Source of the DNA: Pyrinomonadaceae bacterium
GTDB taxonomy: Bacteria; Acidobacteriota; Blastocatellia; Pyrinomonadales; Pyrinomonadaceae
DNA length: 64,000 nucleotides
Reading direction: 5' to 3'
NCBI GenBank assembly: GCA_040510435.1
Contig: JBEVJD010000356.1
Coordinates: 1,026-65,025, forward strand
Shown: positions 45,773-56,661 of the stretch, piece after piece
Layout: each line of letters starts with the position of its first letter
Position numbering within the stretch: position 1 is the stretch's first letter
Program-made: the position numbers and the translations under genes
The notes under the pieces: generated by a model
What the model was told of the DNA's origin: nothing
The model's input: only the letters and a program-made list of their open reading frames with translations
Database searches by the model: none

Positions 45773-46741
45773 CTACGGACGCGGCTGGCCGGGGATGCCG
45801 ACCTCTAAACGCATGAGGCTCGGGCGGCGCGCGGGGCCGGGGCCGGGGAAGAAGGGGAAAGCGGCGTTGGCGATGTAGAGGCTCTTACTATCCTTCCCGA
45901 CGCCGAAGGCCGCGGCGGTCGGGCCGTCGAGCCCGTCGGCCGCCGTGAGCAGCACCGTCTGCGTCCCGTCGGGGCTGATGCGGACGACCGTGTTCGAAGG
46001 GTCGGTCGTGCCGTAGAGGTTGCCGTGGATGTCGAAGGCGAAGTCGTCGAGCCCGATGCCCGAGGCGTGGACTCGGCCCGGCCCGGCCGTCCCGTCTCCG
46101 TTAATCCTGAAGGCCGCGACGTGAGCGCGGTCGGAGACGGCAACGTAGACCTCGCCGCGGAAGACTTGCAGCCCGTTCGGGCCGGGGACGAGCGGGATGA
46201 AGAGCGGCGTCAGCAGCGGGTCGGCCGTCCAGACCTCGGGCGCGCCCGTGCCGTCGGAGTGTATGCGCCAGACGCGCCCGAGCAGCGTGTCGGCCACGTA
46301 GAGCCAGCCGGCGTGGTACGCGATGCCGTTCGGCGCCGAGCCCTGCGGCAGCCCCGCGACGAGCGAGACCGCCCCCGCCGGAGTCACCTTCCAGACGCCG
46401 AGCTGCGCCGGGTTGCACGAGTTGACCGAGGCGTAGATGTTGCCCTGATGGTCGAGCGTGATCGAGCCCATGATGGGGAGGCCGAAGGCGTTGCCGCAGG
46501 GCTGAACGTCGGGCCGGACGGGGAGGAAGGCCAGCGTCGTCTGCGTCCCGTCGGGCGCGATCTTACGGACTTCACCGGTGAGCGCCATGCTGATGTAGGC
46601 GTTGCCGTGGCGGTCGAACTGTACGCTCTCGGGGGTCTCGAAGGCGGCGGGGTTGAACAGCGCGACGGTCGAGAGGTCGGCGGCCGACGCGCCGGCCGCG
46701 AAGATGAAGCAGAGCAGTAGTGCGAGCGATAGCTTGAACAT
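45773..46741 (-). CDS. Secreted six-bladed beta-propeller protein (SMP-30/gluconolactonase/NHL-like)
   Basis: Signal peptide MFKLSLALLLCFIFAAGASA with AAGGAG upstream. Repeated ...G.IY..... blades. Confidence 0.72.
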   Translation of the reverse strand: MFKLSLALLLCFIFAAGASAADLSTVALFNPAAFETPESVQFDRHGNAYISMALTGEVRKIAPDGTQTTLAFLPVRPDVQPCGNAFGLPIMGSITLDHQGNIYASVNSCNPAQLGVWKVTPAGAVSLVAGLPQGSAPNGIAYHAGWLYVADTLLGRVWRIHSDGTGAPEVWTADPLLTPLFIPLVPGPNGLQVFRGEVYVAVSDRAHVAAFRINGDGTAGPGRVHASGIGLDDFAFDIHGNLYGTTDPSNTVVRISPDGTQTVLLTAADGLDGPTAAAFGVGKDSKSLYIANAAFPFFPGPGPARRPSLMRLEVGIPGQPRP

Positions 46742-47463
46742 TCTTCAGACTCCTTTTTGTGGGGGACGCGCGTGCCGTGTGTTAAGGCGTGCGCGCTCGT
46801 GTGATGTCTCGACGAGGTAAGGTGCCGGAGGCGCGCGGATAGTACCTCCGTCGGAAAATGGTTTCCGCGCATGGTCGCGGCGGGGTGGCGCTGCTCGACA
46901 CGTTAACGCGTAAACGTGCGGCGGAAGGGATCATCTTTTTCGACCACTCACGACACACTCAAATTAAGTCTACGCCTCGGCGATGGAGACGCGGGCGATA
47001 CGGACGGAGACGGACGTGCTGCTGCTGCTTCCCTTCCCGCGGGCGGAGGGGAGGCCGAGCGGGAGCGTCTGCCCGCGCTGCTCGTCGAGGAGCACGCCGC
47101 GAAGCGCGGGGAGGCGAGATATTACCGGCCGGGGATTTTTTTTACCGGTTGCTAAATTATTTCAGGCTCCCGCGCGCCCCCCGAAAATCTAGACTCGGAT
47201 TCATTTTTTTGGATATGATGTCGCGGGTTCCAAACGCCAGCCCCGAAAAATTCTCAAGAAAGCTCGACGCGCGGGGCGCGCCCGAAGTGGCGCGGGCGCG
47301 GAACGTCATTTGCTGATTTCGTTGGTCGAGACGAACTGTCCTTCTTCTTTCATCCGTTCTTCGTTCTGATCCGGCACACGGTCTATCACCTGCTTCAGAA
47401 GCGGCCGCGCACTTGAAACGTAAGTGGGCCGCACGATTCATCAGCCAGCCTTAGGAGGAAACG

Positions 47464-50400
47464 ATGAGAAGACCCGCATTTCCCCGCGGCCGCGCCATAG
47501 CCCTCGCCTGCGCCATGCTCGTGTCGCTGTTCGCCGCCGCCGCCGCGTCCGCGCAGACCGGCCGCTCCACCGTGCGCGGCACGGTCAGAGACCAGCAGGG
47601 CAACGTCGTCACGGGCGCGAGCGTGACCCTCGCGGACGCCAGCAAGAACTTCACCCGCACACAGACGACCAACGAGGAGGGCGGCTACACCTTCGCCGCC
47701 ATCCCGCCCGGCGTCTACCGCGTCGAGGTCGAGTCGCGCGGCTTCAAGAAGTCGACGGTCGCCGACGTGCAGGCGCTCGTGGACACGCCCGTGGACGTGA
47801 ACGTGGCGCTGGAGGCGGGGCTTGAGACCGAGTCCGTCACGGTCACGGCCAGCAACGAGGCTCCGCTCAACACGACGGACGCGACCCTCGGCACGGCCTT
47901 CGAGTCGCGCCGCATCGAGGAGCTGCCCCTCAACGCCCGCAACGTCGTCGGCCTGCTCTCGCTCCAGCCCGGCGTCACCCGCGGCGGCTACGTCAACGGC
48001 GGCCGCGCCGACCAGGCCAACGTCACGCTCGACGGCGTGGACAACAACGAGCAGCAGCGCGGACTCGACGTAGTGACCGACGAGGCGTTCGCCTCCGTCC
48101 TGCGCTCGACGCCCGACTCGCTCCAGGAGTTCCGCGTCATCACGACCAACGCCAACGCCGAGCAGGGTCGCTCTTCCGGCGCGCAGGTCTCGCTCATCAC
48201 CAAGTCGGGCACGAACGAGCTGCACGGCTCGCTCTACCACTTCCACCGCAACACCGTCACGACCGCCAACGACTTCTTCAACAACGCGGCCGGCAGCTTC
48301 GGCCCCGACGACTTCGCCGTCCAGACCGGGGCGGCCCGCGTCGGCGACCCGCGCGCGCCGCGCCCGCAACTCCTCCGCAACGTCTTCGGCGGCTCTCTCG
48401 GCGGTCCCATCAAGAAGGACAAGGCGTTCTTCTTCTTCACCTACGAGGGCTTCCGCGAGGCTTCGGAGACGCCCGTCGTGCGCGAGGTGCCGCTCCCCAC
48501 GCTCGGCCAGGGCATCGTCCGCTACTTCACGGCCAACGGGTCGAGCGACGCGGGCTGCCCGGCCGGCACCCCCGAGGGCGTCAACTGCCTGACCCCGGCC
48601 GAGATCAACGCCGCGTACTCCGGCCTCTACGGCGCGTCGCCCGGGCTCAACCCGGCGGCGCTCTCCGTGCTCGCCTCGGCCGCGGCGCGCTACCCGGCCA
48701 ACGACGCCAGCGTCGGCGATGGCCTCAACACCTCCGGCTTCCGCTTCAACGCCAAGACGCCGGCCGAGCTGAACACCTACATCATGCGGCTGGACTTCAA
48801 CCTCACCGACCGCCAGACGCTCTTCCTGCGTGGCAACTACCAGCAGGACAACGTGACGAAGGGCTCCTTCTTCGCCACCGACTGCTCGGACACGGCGCAG
48901 TGCTTCCCCGACACCGAGCCGCTCAAGATTTGGAACCACCCCATCGGCATCGCCGCCGGCCACACGTGGACGGTGCGGAACAACCTCGTCAACCGTTTCA
49001 CCTACGGGCTGACGCGCACGGCCTTCAGCGACTTCGGCGACCGGACGCTGCCCGGCGGCAACGGCAACTTCACCACCTTCCGCTTCATCTTCCGCCCGAC
49101 CGGCTTCCGCTCGACGCTCTTCCGCACCACGCCCGTCCACAACCTCGTCGAGGACGTGTCGTGGATCAAGGGCAACCACAACTTACAGTTCGGCGGTAAC
49201 GTCCGCTTCATCCGCAACCACCGCACGTCCTTCGCCAACGCCTTCGACGAGGCCGTCATCAACCCCTCGTGGTACGACTTCTCGGGCGCGGTGCTGACGC
49301 GCGACTCCTACGGCTCGAACGCCTCGCTCTTCCCGTCGGTCGCGGTGCGCTCCGACCTGCGCGACGGGCTGGCCGCCGTCATCGGCCGCTTCTCGCAGTA
49401 CTCGGCCAACCTGACCTACAGCGGCGAGGGGCAGCTCCAGGGTTCGGGCACGCCGACCGAGCGCACCTTCGCCACCGAGGAGTACGAGTTGTACTGGCAG
49501 GACTCCTGGCGCGTGCGGCCGAACCTGACGTTCACCTACGGCGTGCGCTGGACGACCGGCACGCCCGTCTACGAGAAGGACGGCATTCAGGTCAAGCCGA
49601 CGGTGAGCCTCGCCGACTACTTCGCGCGCCGGCAGTCGGGCGCCGCCGCCGGCACGCCGCTCAACGACCCGATCACGCTCGACCTCGCCGGCCGCGCCAA
49701 CGACCGGCCCGGCTACTACAAGCAGGACTGGAATAACTTCGGGCCGTCGGTCGCCGTCGCCTGGTCGCCCGACTTCGGCGACAACTTCTTCGGCAAGCTC
49801 ATCGGCCGCCAGGGTCGCTCGGTCATTCGCGGCGGCTTCCGCATGACCTACGACCGCATCGGCAGCCAGCTCGCCGCCAACTTCGACCTCAACTCGGCGC
49901 TCGGCTACACGTCGAGCCTGACCATCGGGGCCAACACCTTCAACGTCAGCGACAGCCTGGCCCCGCTCTTCACGGGCTTCGGCTCGAACGTCCGCGGCTT
50001 CCCCGTCTCGCCGGGGACGATCACGCCGACGCTCAACTTCCCGCTGACGCTCCCGTCCGACGAGGCGCAGCGCATCGAGCAGTCGCTCGACGACTCGCTG
50101 ACAACGCCGAGCAACTACAGCTTCAACGTCTCCTACGGGCGCGAGCTGGGCAAGGGCTTCTCGTTCGAGTCCTCGTATGTCGGTCGTCTGGGGCGCAACC
50201 TGCTGGCCTCGCGCGACATCATGCACCTCAACAACATCCGCGACCCGCAGTCGGGGCTGACGTGGTACCAGGCCATCAACCGGCTCATCGACCACCGCTA
50301 CCGCTTCACGCCGCTTGAGAACATCCCGACGATACCGTTCTTCGAGAATCTCTTCCCCGGCGTGGCCGAGTTCGTCATCGGCGACACGACGCTCACCAAC

Positions 50401-51393
50401 ACGCAGGCCGTCTACCTGCTGCTGGCGCGCCCCGAGGTCGGCGGCTTCGACATCACCGACTACACCTTCATCCAGACCTTCCTGGACGACCAGCCGGTGT
50501 CGCGCCTGAACAACACGTTCTTCCACCCGCAGTTCGCCGCGCTCGCGGCCTACTCGACCATCGCGCGCTCGAACTACCACTCGGGCCAGTTCTCCTTGCG
50601 CCACCGCTTCCGCAACGACCTGGCGTTTGACTTCAACTACACGATGTCGCACTCGCTCGACAGCGCGTCGGGGCTCCAGGCGGCGACCGCTTATTCGAGC
50701 GCGGGCTTCATCGTCAACGCGCTCGACCCCGACCAGAACTATGCCAGCTCCGACTTCGACGTGCGCCACATCATCAACGCCAACTGGCTCGTCTCGCTCC
50801 CCGTGGGGCGCGGCCGCTGGCTCGGCCACGACTTGAACGGCCCGCTCAACGCCGTCCTCGGCGACTGGCAGGTCTCGGGCATCTTCCGCTGGAACTCGGG
50901 CCTCCCCATCCAGACGCCGTTCCAGGCCGACCGCTGGGCGACGAACTGGAACCTTCAGTCGAACATGGTGCGCGCCCGCGAGGTTGATTCTTCGCCGACG
51001 CGCAACGGCACCGCCCGCGTCTTCACCAACCAGGACGAGGTCTTCCGCTCCTGGCGCGAGCCGCGCGCCGGCGAGGTCGGCGACCGCAACATCCTGCGCG
51101 GCGAGGGCTACATGGCGCTCGACCTCGGGCTGACCAAGCAGTTCAAGATGCCCTGGGAGGGTCACCGCCTCCAGTTCCGCTGGGAGGTCTTCAACGTCAC
51201 CAACACCCAGCGCTTCGACAACAACAGCCTCCAGGGGCTCGGGCTCATCGCCGACCCGTTCCTGCCCGACGTGGACAGCGGCCAGCCGATCAGCGCGCCG
51301 TCCGACTTCGGGACTTACACCGCCACGCAGACGCCCCTGAACGAGCCGCGCGCCGGCCGCGTCATGCAGTTCGCGCTGCGTTACGTCTTCTAA
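47464..51393 (+). CDS. TonB-dependent outer-membrane receptor with carboxypeptidase-regulatory-like N-terminal domain
   Basis: Signal peptide. GTVRDQQGNVVTGASVTL...GGYTFAAIPPGVYRVEVE (CarbopepD_reg-like). Plug region and long beta-barrel. C-terminal aromatic ...ALRYVF. AGGAGG upstream. Confidence 0.92.
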   Translation: MRRPAFPRGRAIALACAMLVSLFAAAAASAQTGRSTVRGTVRDQQGNVVTGASVTLADASKNFTRTQTTNEEGGYTFAAIPPGVYRVEVESRGFKKSTVADVQALVDTPVDVNVALEAGLETESVTVTASNEAPLNTTDATLGTAFESRRIEELPLNARNVVGLLSLQPGVTRGGYVNGGRADQANVTLDGVDNNEQQRGLDVVTDEAFASVLRSTPDSLQEFRVITTNANAEQGRSSGAQVSLITKSGTNELHGSLYHFHRNTVTTANDFFNNAAGSFGPDDFAVQTGAARVGDPRAPRPQLLRNVFGGSLGGPIKKDKAFFFFTYEGFREASETPVVREVPLPTLGQGIVRYFTANGSSDAGCPAGTPEGVNCLTPAEINAAYSGLYGASPGLNPAALSVLASAAARYPANDASVGDGLNTSGFRFNAKTPAELNTYIMRLDFNLTDRQTLFLRGNYQQDNVTKGSFFATDCSDTAQCFPDTEPLKIWNHPIGIAAGHTWTVRNNLVNRFTYGLTRTAFSDFGDRTLPGGNGNFTTFRFIFRPTGFRSTLFRTTPVHNLVEDVSWIKGNHNLQFGGNVRFIRNHRTSFANAFDEAVINPSWYDFSGAVLTRDSYGSNASLFPSVAVRSDLRDGLAAVIGRFSQYSANLTYSGEGQLQGSGTPTERTFATEEYELYWQDSWRVRPNLTFTYGVRWTTGTPVYEKDGIQVKPTVSLADYFARRQSGAAAGTPLNDPITLDLAGRANDRPGYYKQDWNNFGPSVAVAWSPDFGDNFFGKLIGRQGRSVIRGGFRMTYDRIGSQLAANFDLNSALGYTSSLTIGANTFNVSDSLAPLFTGFGSNVRGFPVSPGTITPTLNFPLTLPSDEAQRIEQSLDDSLTTPSNYSFNVSYGRELGKGFSFESSYVGRLGRNLLASRDIMHLNNIRDPQSGLTWYQAINRLIDHRYRFTPLENIPTIPFFENLFPGVAEFVIGDTTLTNTQAVYLLLARPEVGGFDITDYTFIQTFLDDQPVSRLNNTFFHPQFAALAAYSTIARSNYHSGQFSLRHRFRNDLAFDFNYTMSHSLDSASGLQAATAYSSAGFIVNALDPDQNYASSDFDVRHIINANWLVSLPVGRGRWLGHDLNGPLNAVLGDWQVSGIFRWNSGLPIQTPFQADRWATNWNLQSNMVRAREVDSSPTRNGTARVFTNQDEVFRSWREPRAGEVGDRNILRGEGYMALDLGLTKQFKMPWEGHRLQFRWEVFNVTNTQRFDNNSLQGLGLIADPFLPDVDSGQPISAPSDFGTYTATQTPLNEPRAGRVMQFALRYVF

Positions 51394-51416
51394 ACGCCCG
51401 CCGCCGGGCCAAAGCA

Positions 51417-51456
51417 GAAGGGGCCGGAGGTCTTAACCTCCGGCCCCTTCTTTTTT
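51417..51456 (+). terminator. Canonical rho-independent terminator after the receptor gene
   Basis: gaaggggccggaggt-ctta-acctccggccccttc, followed by T6. Confidence 0.85.
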
Positions 51457-51482
51457 ACCGCCGCCCTTAACCGTTAACCCTC

Positions 51483-52139
51483 TTAATTCTTCGCCCTCTT
51501 GCCCAGCCGCTCGGCGTCCTTCGCCGCGAGGCGGCTGCGCTCGATCACGTCGGCGAGGTCGCGGCCCGCCCGCGCCGCGGCCTCCGCGTCGAGCACGTCC
51601 GTGTTCTTGAAGAGCGGGCTGCGGACGAAGCTCATGATCGAGCGGTCGAGCGCGAGCAGCGCGGCCTTCATCCCGGCGGAGTCCTCGGCCGGCTTCGGCT
51701 CGGTCTTCTTTTCGTCTTTGGCCTCGGGCGCGGGCAGCGCCAGGTTCTCCCGCAGGCGCTCGGCGCGGCGGCGGATGTCGGCGACCGACTTGTTGATGAG
51801 TTCGTAGTCGGGCGCGGGCGCGCGCATCGTGGCGGACATCATCTTGTTGTTGACCTGCTGTAGGTCGCGGTAGTCCTCCGCGATCTCGGACAGCCGCAGC
51901 TCCTCGGACTTGCGCGGCGGCGTGCCCTTGCCCATCTCGCGCGACATCTCGTCCATCATGAGCTGGCGCTCGCGGACGCTCGGCGCGCGCGGGTTGGGGT
52001 TGGACTGGGCCGGCGGCGGCGGCCGGTGCGGCTGCGGGGCGGCCTGCGCGCAGGCGGGCGTCGGCGCCGACGCGCAGACGAACAGGAGCGCGGCGCAGGC
52101 CGCGGCGGCCGGCAAAAGCGTTGTGTGCTGTGGCTTCAT
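51483..52139 (-). CDS. Hypothetical secreted helical protein
   Basis: Signal peptide [25 protein letters not shown]. 218 aa, charged and helical. Confidence 0.65.
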   Translation of the reverse strand: MKPQHTTLLPAAAACAALLFVCASAPTPACAQAAPQPHRPPPPAQSNPNPRAPSVRERQLMMDEMSREMGKGTPPRKSEELRLSEIAEDYRDLQQVNNKMMSATMRAPAPDYELINKSVADIRRRAERLRENLALPAPEAKDEKKTEPKPAEDSAGMKAALLALDRSIMSFVRSPLFKNTDVLDAEAAARAGRDLADVIERSRLAAKDAERLGKRAKN

Positions 52140-52240
52140 GGATACCTCCTCGGGACGGTCGGCGTTTCCAGCGGGTGTGCCGAAGTAGTATATTCACACA
52201 GGCTCTTCAGGACAAACATTTCGAGGAAGAACGGCCAGAC

Positions 52241-53557
52241 TTGTCGGAGCGCATCTACCGCGACCCCGTCCACAACATCATCCGGCTGCGCACGGACAGC
52301 GCGGAGGGGCGCCTGATGGTGCGCCTCGTCGACTCGTTCGAGGTGCAGCGCCTCCGCCGCATCAAGCAGCTCGGCCTCGCGCTCTTCACCTACCAGGGCG
52401 CTGAGCACTCGCGCTTCGCGCACAGCTTAGGCGCGCTCCACCTGATGACGCGCGTGCTCGACCGCCTCTCCGAGCGTTACCCGATCTCGGAGGCGTCGCG
52501 CGCCGCCGCCCGCGCCGCGGCGCTGCTGCACGACACGGGGCACGGCCCCTTCTCGCACGTGATGGAGAAGGTCTTGAACTTCCACCACGAGGAGTGGACG
52601 CGCCGCGCCGTCTTAAGCGAAGAGACCGAGGTCGGGCAAATCCTCCGCGACTTCTCGCCGGAGCTTCCCGTTGCGGTCGCCTCCATCATCGAGGGCACGT
52701 TCCAGCCCGCCTTCCTCGCGCAGCTCGTCTCGTCGCAGTTGGACGTTGACCGCATGGACTACCTGCTGCGCGACTCCCTGATGACGGGCGCGAAGTACGG
52801 CAACTACGACCTCGAATGGATCATCAACGCCATCGAGGTTGACGAGCAGTCAGACCGCATCTATGTCTCGGCGCGCGGCCTCTTCGCCGTCGAAGAGTAT
52901 TTGCAGGCGCGCTACTACATGTTCCGGCAGGTCTACTTCCACCGCACGCTGCGCTCGGCCGAGGCGGTGCTGCGCTCGACCCTCAGGCGCGCGCTCGAAC
53001 TCATCAGCGCGGGCGAGCGCGTCTGGTGCGCGCCCGACACGGCCTTCGAGAAGGTCTTGAAGGGCGCCCCGCTCACGCTCACCGACCATCTGGAGCTGGA
53101 CGACTCCGAAGTCACTTTCCATATCAAGCAGTGGCAGCGCGCCGAAGACCCAATCCTGCGCGACCTCAGCCGCCGCTTCGTCGGCCGCCGCCTCTTCAAG
53201 GCCATCGACCTCGACATGCCCGAGACCGAGCGCGCGGACTTCCTCGACACCGCCCGCGCCGTCGTCGCCCGCCGCGGCTTCGACCCGACCTACTACTTCA
53301 TCGAAGACCACGCGGGCGACGTGCCCTACTACTCCTACTACACGGCCGAGGGCGCCGAGCCCAAGTCGCTCATCTACTGTGAGGACGGCTACGCCCGCCC
53401 CCTCGTGCGCGAGATCAGCGAGGTCAGCGACGCCGTCCGGGGTCTGCGCGGCTACCGCCTCCACCGCGTCTGCTTCCCCCCCGAGGTCAAGGACGAAATC
53501 TACGCGCTCTACCACGGCGACTCGCAGCCGACGGCCGCCGACGCCGCGGTCAATTGA
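52241..53557 (+). CDS. HD-domain phosphohydrolase (COG1078 / SAMHD1-like dNTPase family)
   Basis: [47 protein letters not shown]. The TTG at 52241 is chosen to avoid overlapping the upstream gene. Confidence 0.85.
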   Translation: MSERIYRDPVHNIIRLRTDSAEGRLMVRLVDSFEVQRLRRIKQLGLALFTYQGAEHSRFAHSLGALHLMTRVLDRLSERYPISEASRAAARAAALLHDTGHGPFSHVMEKVLNFHHEEWTRRAVLSEETEVGQILRDFSPELPVAVASIIEGTFQPAFLAQLVSSQLDVDRMDYLLRDSLMTGAKYGNYDLEWIINAIEVDEQSDRIYVSARGLFAVEEYLQARYYMFRQVYFHRTLRSAEAVLRSTLRRALELISAGERVWCAPDTAFEKVLKGAPLTLTDHLELDDSEVTFHIKQWQRAEDPILRDLSRRFVGRRLFKAIDLDMPETERADFLDTARAVVARRGFDPTYYFIEDHAGDVPYYSYYTAEGAEPKSLIYCEDGYARPLVREISEVSDAVRGLRGYRLHRVCFPPEVKDEIYALYHGDSQPTAADAAVN

Positions 53558-53671
53558 CGCGTCAGCCTTAAACGTATTTCCAGTTTATCGGGCGACACTT
53601 GCTGGAAGAATTCAGTTGCCCCACGAGGTTATTGCGGCAGGACTGGAAGTACTGTCCAGGGAGAAAAGTTA

Positions 53672-54157
53672 GTGCCCGACATGCTCGTCAACCTCCTGCG
53701 CCTGCCGCCCGTGGATGAGGCGTCGGATGAGTTGCGCGCCGCGGGCGTCATCGTGCGGCGCGCGCGGCCGTGGGAGTTGACGCAGGTGCGCGAGTTCGTC
53801 GGGGAGAATTTCAGTCAGGCGTGGGCCGACGAAATCTCCGTTGGGCTCGTCCGGCAGCCCGTGACGGTCTTCGTCGCGCTGCGCGAGGGGCGGCTCGTCG
53901 GCTTCGCCGCTTACGAGTGCACGCGCAAGAACTTCTTCGGGCCGACGGGCGTCATCGAAGGAGCGCGCGGGCGCGGGGTGGGTCGCGCGCTGCTGCTGGC
54001 GGCGCTCGGCGGCCTGCGCGAGTTGGGTTATGCTTACGCCGTCATCGGCGGCGTCGGCCCCGCGGACTTCTACGAGCGCGCAGTCGGCGCGCGGCTCATC
54101 CCCGATAGCTCCCCAGGCGTCTACGCAGACCCGCTCAAACAGAACCGCGAGCGGTAG
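53672..54157 (+). CDS. GNAT-family acetyltransferase
   Basis: 161 aa. GARGRGVGRALLLAAL (acetyl-CoA motif). The last 6 codons and the TAG lie in the repeat arm. Confidence 0.75.
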   Translation: MPDMLVNLLRLPPVDEASDELRAAGVIVRRARPWELTQVREFVGENFSQAWADEISVGLVRQPVTVFVALREGRLVGFAAYECTRKNFFGPTGVIEGARGRGVGRALLLAALGGLRELGYAYAVIGGVGPADFYERAVGARLIPDSSPGVYADPLKQNRER

Positions 54158-54232
54158 CGAGCGGGTCAGCGTTACTTAAGAGGGCCGGCCGGCGTAACGC
54201 CGACCCGCTCGCTACCGCTCGTGGTTCTGTTT
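54137..54232. repeat. Hairpin of the GAGCGG-rich family
   Basis: aaacagaaccgcgagcggtagcgagcgggtc (54137-54167) pairs with gacccgctcgctaccgctcgtggttctgttt (54202-54232). Confidence 0.85.
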
Positions 54233-54239
54233 AATTTTT

Positions 54240-55136
54240 ATGATTCGCCGCCTCATCTTCGTCGCGCTCTTTTCGGCGCTGTGCCTGACGGCATCGGCGC
54301 GCGAGGTGCGCCCCTTGACGGTGGCCGTGCTCGACGTGGGCGGGACGCCCCTGGCGGAGCGCGTGGCCGAGCGTCTGGCGAAGACGCTCGGGTCGTCTGT
54401 GATGACGGAGACGAGGCTCACGGTGCTCGACCGCGGGATGAGCCGCGCGGCGGCGCGCGGGGTCGGCTATGCGGGCTCGCTCAACATGACTTTGGCGGAG
54501 GCGCGCTCGCTCGGCGCGGCCGTGGGGTGCAACTTCTTCCTGACGGGCGACGCGCAGACCGTGCGACGCTCGTCCTCCGCGCGCCCCGTCTACTTCGAGT
54601 CGTACGCCTCCGTCTTCGTCGTCAGCGCGCACACGGGCCGCCTCGTCCACTGGGACAGACCCGCGGCCGAGGCCGACACGATTGAGGCAGCCGAAACTGC
54701 CCTGCTTGCCAAACTCGACGCGGGCGCGGGCGCGCGCTACGCCGCGGCCGTCTCGGAGGCCGCCGCGCGCGAGGAGCGCGGGCGCTTCGCGGGCGAAGAG
54801 AGCGCGACGGTTTCCGTCATAGACCTCTCGACCGACGAGGGCGCCGTCGCCAACAGAGACTTGCGCGAGCCCGAGCCCTACCGCCGCCTGCGCCCGGCCT
54901 ACACCGACGCGGCCTCGCGCGCCGAGGCCGAGGCGACCGTGGACGCCTTAGTCGAGATCGGCGCGGACGGCGAGGTCGGCGACGTGCGCGTCGTGCGCTG
55001 GGCCGGCTTCGGGCTCGACGAAGAGGTCGTCGCGACCGTGCGCCGGATGCACTTCCGCCCCGCGCAGCGCGAAGGCGAGCCGGTGCCCGTGCGCGTCCTC
55101 CTGCGTTATAACTTCCGCAAACCGCCGAAGACTTGA
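54240..55136 (+). CDS. Secreted protein with TonB C-terminal (TonB_C) domain
   Basis: Signal peptide. C-terminal EATVDALVEIGADGEVGDVRVVRWAGFGLDEEVVATVRRMHFRPAQREGEPVPVRV. Confidence 0.75.
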   Translation: MIRRLIFVALFSALCLTASAREVRPLTVAVLDVGGTPLAERVAERLAKTLGSSVMTETRLTVLDRGMSRAAARGVGYAGSLNMTLAEARSLGAAVGCNFFLTGDAQTVRRSSSARPVYFESYASVFVVSAHTGRLVHWDRPAAEADTIEAAETALLAKLDAGAGARYAAAVSEAAAREERGRFAGEESATVSVIDLSTDEGAVANRDLREPEPYRRLRPAYTDAASRAEAEATVDALVEIGADGEVGDVRVVRWAGFGLDEEVVATVRRMHFRPAQREGEPVPVRVLLRYNFRKPPKT

Positions 55137-55176
55137 TGTAAACTGTCCCTGAATCCGAAACCGAGAACCCGAGCGT

Positions 55177-56514
55177 ATGCAGTCCACGAAGGCTCCGAAG
55201 ACGTTGCGAATCGCGCTCAGCGCTCTCGTCGTGTGCCTGCTGCTCGTCGCGCCGTCGGCGGGCGCGCGGCGCGCGACCCCGGAAGACTGCGCGCCCGTCG
55301 AGTACGCCTCGACGCCCGAGGGGCGGCTGCGCATCTTCGACGAGGTGTGGGAGCAGGTGAGCGAGCGCTACTTCGACCCTTCGTTCCAGGGCGTGGACTG
55401 GGGGGGCGTGCGCGAGGAGCTGAGGCCGCGTGCGGCCGAGGCGCGCGGCGAGGCCGAGTTGTACGTCGTGCTGCGGCGCATGCTCGGGGCTTTGCGCGAC
55501 CCGCACACGCGCGTCTACGCGCCCGGCGAGAGCAACGACTGGCGCGTGCACCGCTACGTCTCAATCGGCGTCGCCGTGCGCGAGCTGGCGGGACAGGTCG
55601 TCGTCACGGACGTGGAGCGCGACTCGGAGGCGCGGCGCGCGGGCTTGCGCGCGGGCGACACGGTGCTCGCGCTCGACGGCGAGCCGGCCCCGCAGCTCGT
55701 CGCGCGCAGGGCGGCCGAGCAGGGCTCCGCCTCGGCCTCGTCGGCGCGGCTCACCGCCGTCTCGCACCTCTTCGACGGGCCGCGCGACTCCTACGTGCGC
55801 GTGACGTTCGCGCGCGCGGGCGAGACGCGTGTGCGCGACGCCGTCCTGCGCCGCGAGCCGCGCACGCGCGTGCCCTCGTTCGACGTGGAGGAGGAGGAGC
55901 ACGGCGTCCGCCTCGTGCGCTTCAACATCTTCACGCCCGAGGTCACGTCGCAGTTCGCGCGCGCGCTCAGGGATGAGTTGAAGGGCGCGCGCGCGCTCGT
56001 CATAGACCTGCGCGACAACGGCGGCGGCGAGACGCAGTCGATGGCTGACCTCGCCTCGACGCTGCTGCCCGCGGGGCTCAGCCTCGGGCGCTTCACCGAC
56101 CGCACGGGCGCCGTCTGGCTGGAGCCCTTCACGCGCGCGGCGCTGGTCTCGACGGCCGACTCGTTCCAGCGCTTCGGCCGCCCCGTCGTGCTCCTGACGG
56201 GCGCGCGCACGGCGAGCGCGGCCGAGGTCTTCGCCGCGAGCCTGCGCGAGACGAACCGCGCGTCGGTCATCGGCGAGGCGACGTGCGGCTGCGTCCTCGG
56301 CATCCGCCGCCGCCACCGCCTGCCCGACGGCGGCGTCCTCGACGTGAGCGAGATGGACTACCACACGGCCGCCGGCACGCGCCTCGAAGGCGCGGGCCTT
56401 CGCCCCGACGTTACGGTCGAGCCCACGCGCGAAGACCTCCGCCGCCGCCGTGACCGCGCCCTCGAACGCGCCCTGGAGATTTTGCAGGACGTGAAGGGGG
56501 GAAGTAGGGAGTGA
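55177..56514 (+). CDS. S41-family C-terminal processing peptidase with PDZ domain
   Basis: IFDEVWEQVSERYFDPSF, PDZ (GLRAGDTVLALDG), LVIDLRDNGGGE, TASAAEVFA. Confidence 0.9.
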   Translation: MQSTKAPKTLRIALSALVVCLLLVAPSAGARRATPEDCAPVEYASTPEGRLRIFDEVWEQVSERYFDPSFQGVDWGGVREELRPRAAEARGEAELYVVLRRMLGALRDPHTRVYAPGESNDWRVHRYVSIGVAVRELAGQVVVTDVERDSEARRAGLRAGDTVLALDGEPAPQLVARRAAEQGSASASSARLTAVSHLFDGPRDSYVRVTFARAGETRVRDAVLRREPRTRVPSFDVEEEEHGVRLVRFNIFTPEVTSQFARALRDELKGARALVIDLRDNGGGETQSMADLASTLLPAGLSLGRFTDRTGAVWLEPFTRAALVSTADSFQRFGRPVVLLTGARTASAAEVFAASLRETNRASVIGEATCGCVLGIRRRHRLPDGGVLDVSEMDYHTAAGTRLEGAGLRPDVTVEPTREDLRRRRDRALERALEILQDVKGGSRE

Positions 56515-56515
56515 G

Positions 56516-56661
56516 AGTAGACAGTAGTCAGTAGTCAGTAGTCAGTAGTCAGTAGTAGGAGATAACAAACAGCGCGGCTCTCATCGGTCGATGATGAGAG
56601 CCGCGCTGTTCTACGTCTTCCCTACTGACTACTGACTACTGTCTACTGTCTACTGTCTACT
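56516..56661. repeat. Heptamer-arm hairpin (GTAGTCA family, 6 units per arm) with an inner 18-bp GC hairpin
   Basis: agtagac agtagtc x4 agtagta (from 56516) pairs with ctactga ctactga ctactgt x3 (56622-56661). Inner aacagcgcggctctcatc / gatgagagccgcgctgtt (56568-56610). The TAG stop of the 56657 gene lies in the arm. Confidence 0.9.

Noticed and set aside
46830-46844. An identical 15-mer, ggcgcgcggatagta, at 46830-46844 and 61830-61844.
   Set aside because: A single 15-nt match in 64 kb of GC-rich sequence is about what chance predicts, and the flanks do not align.
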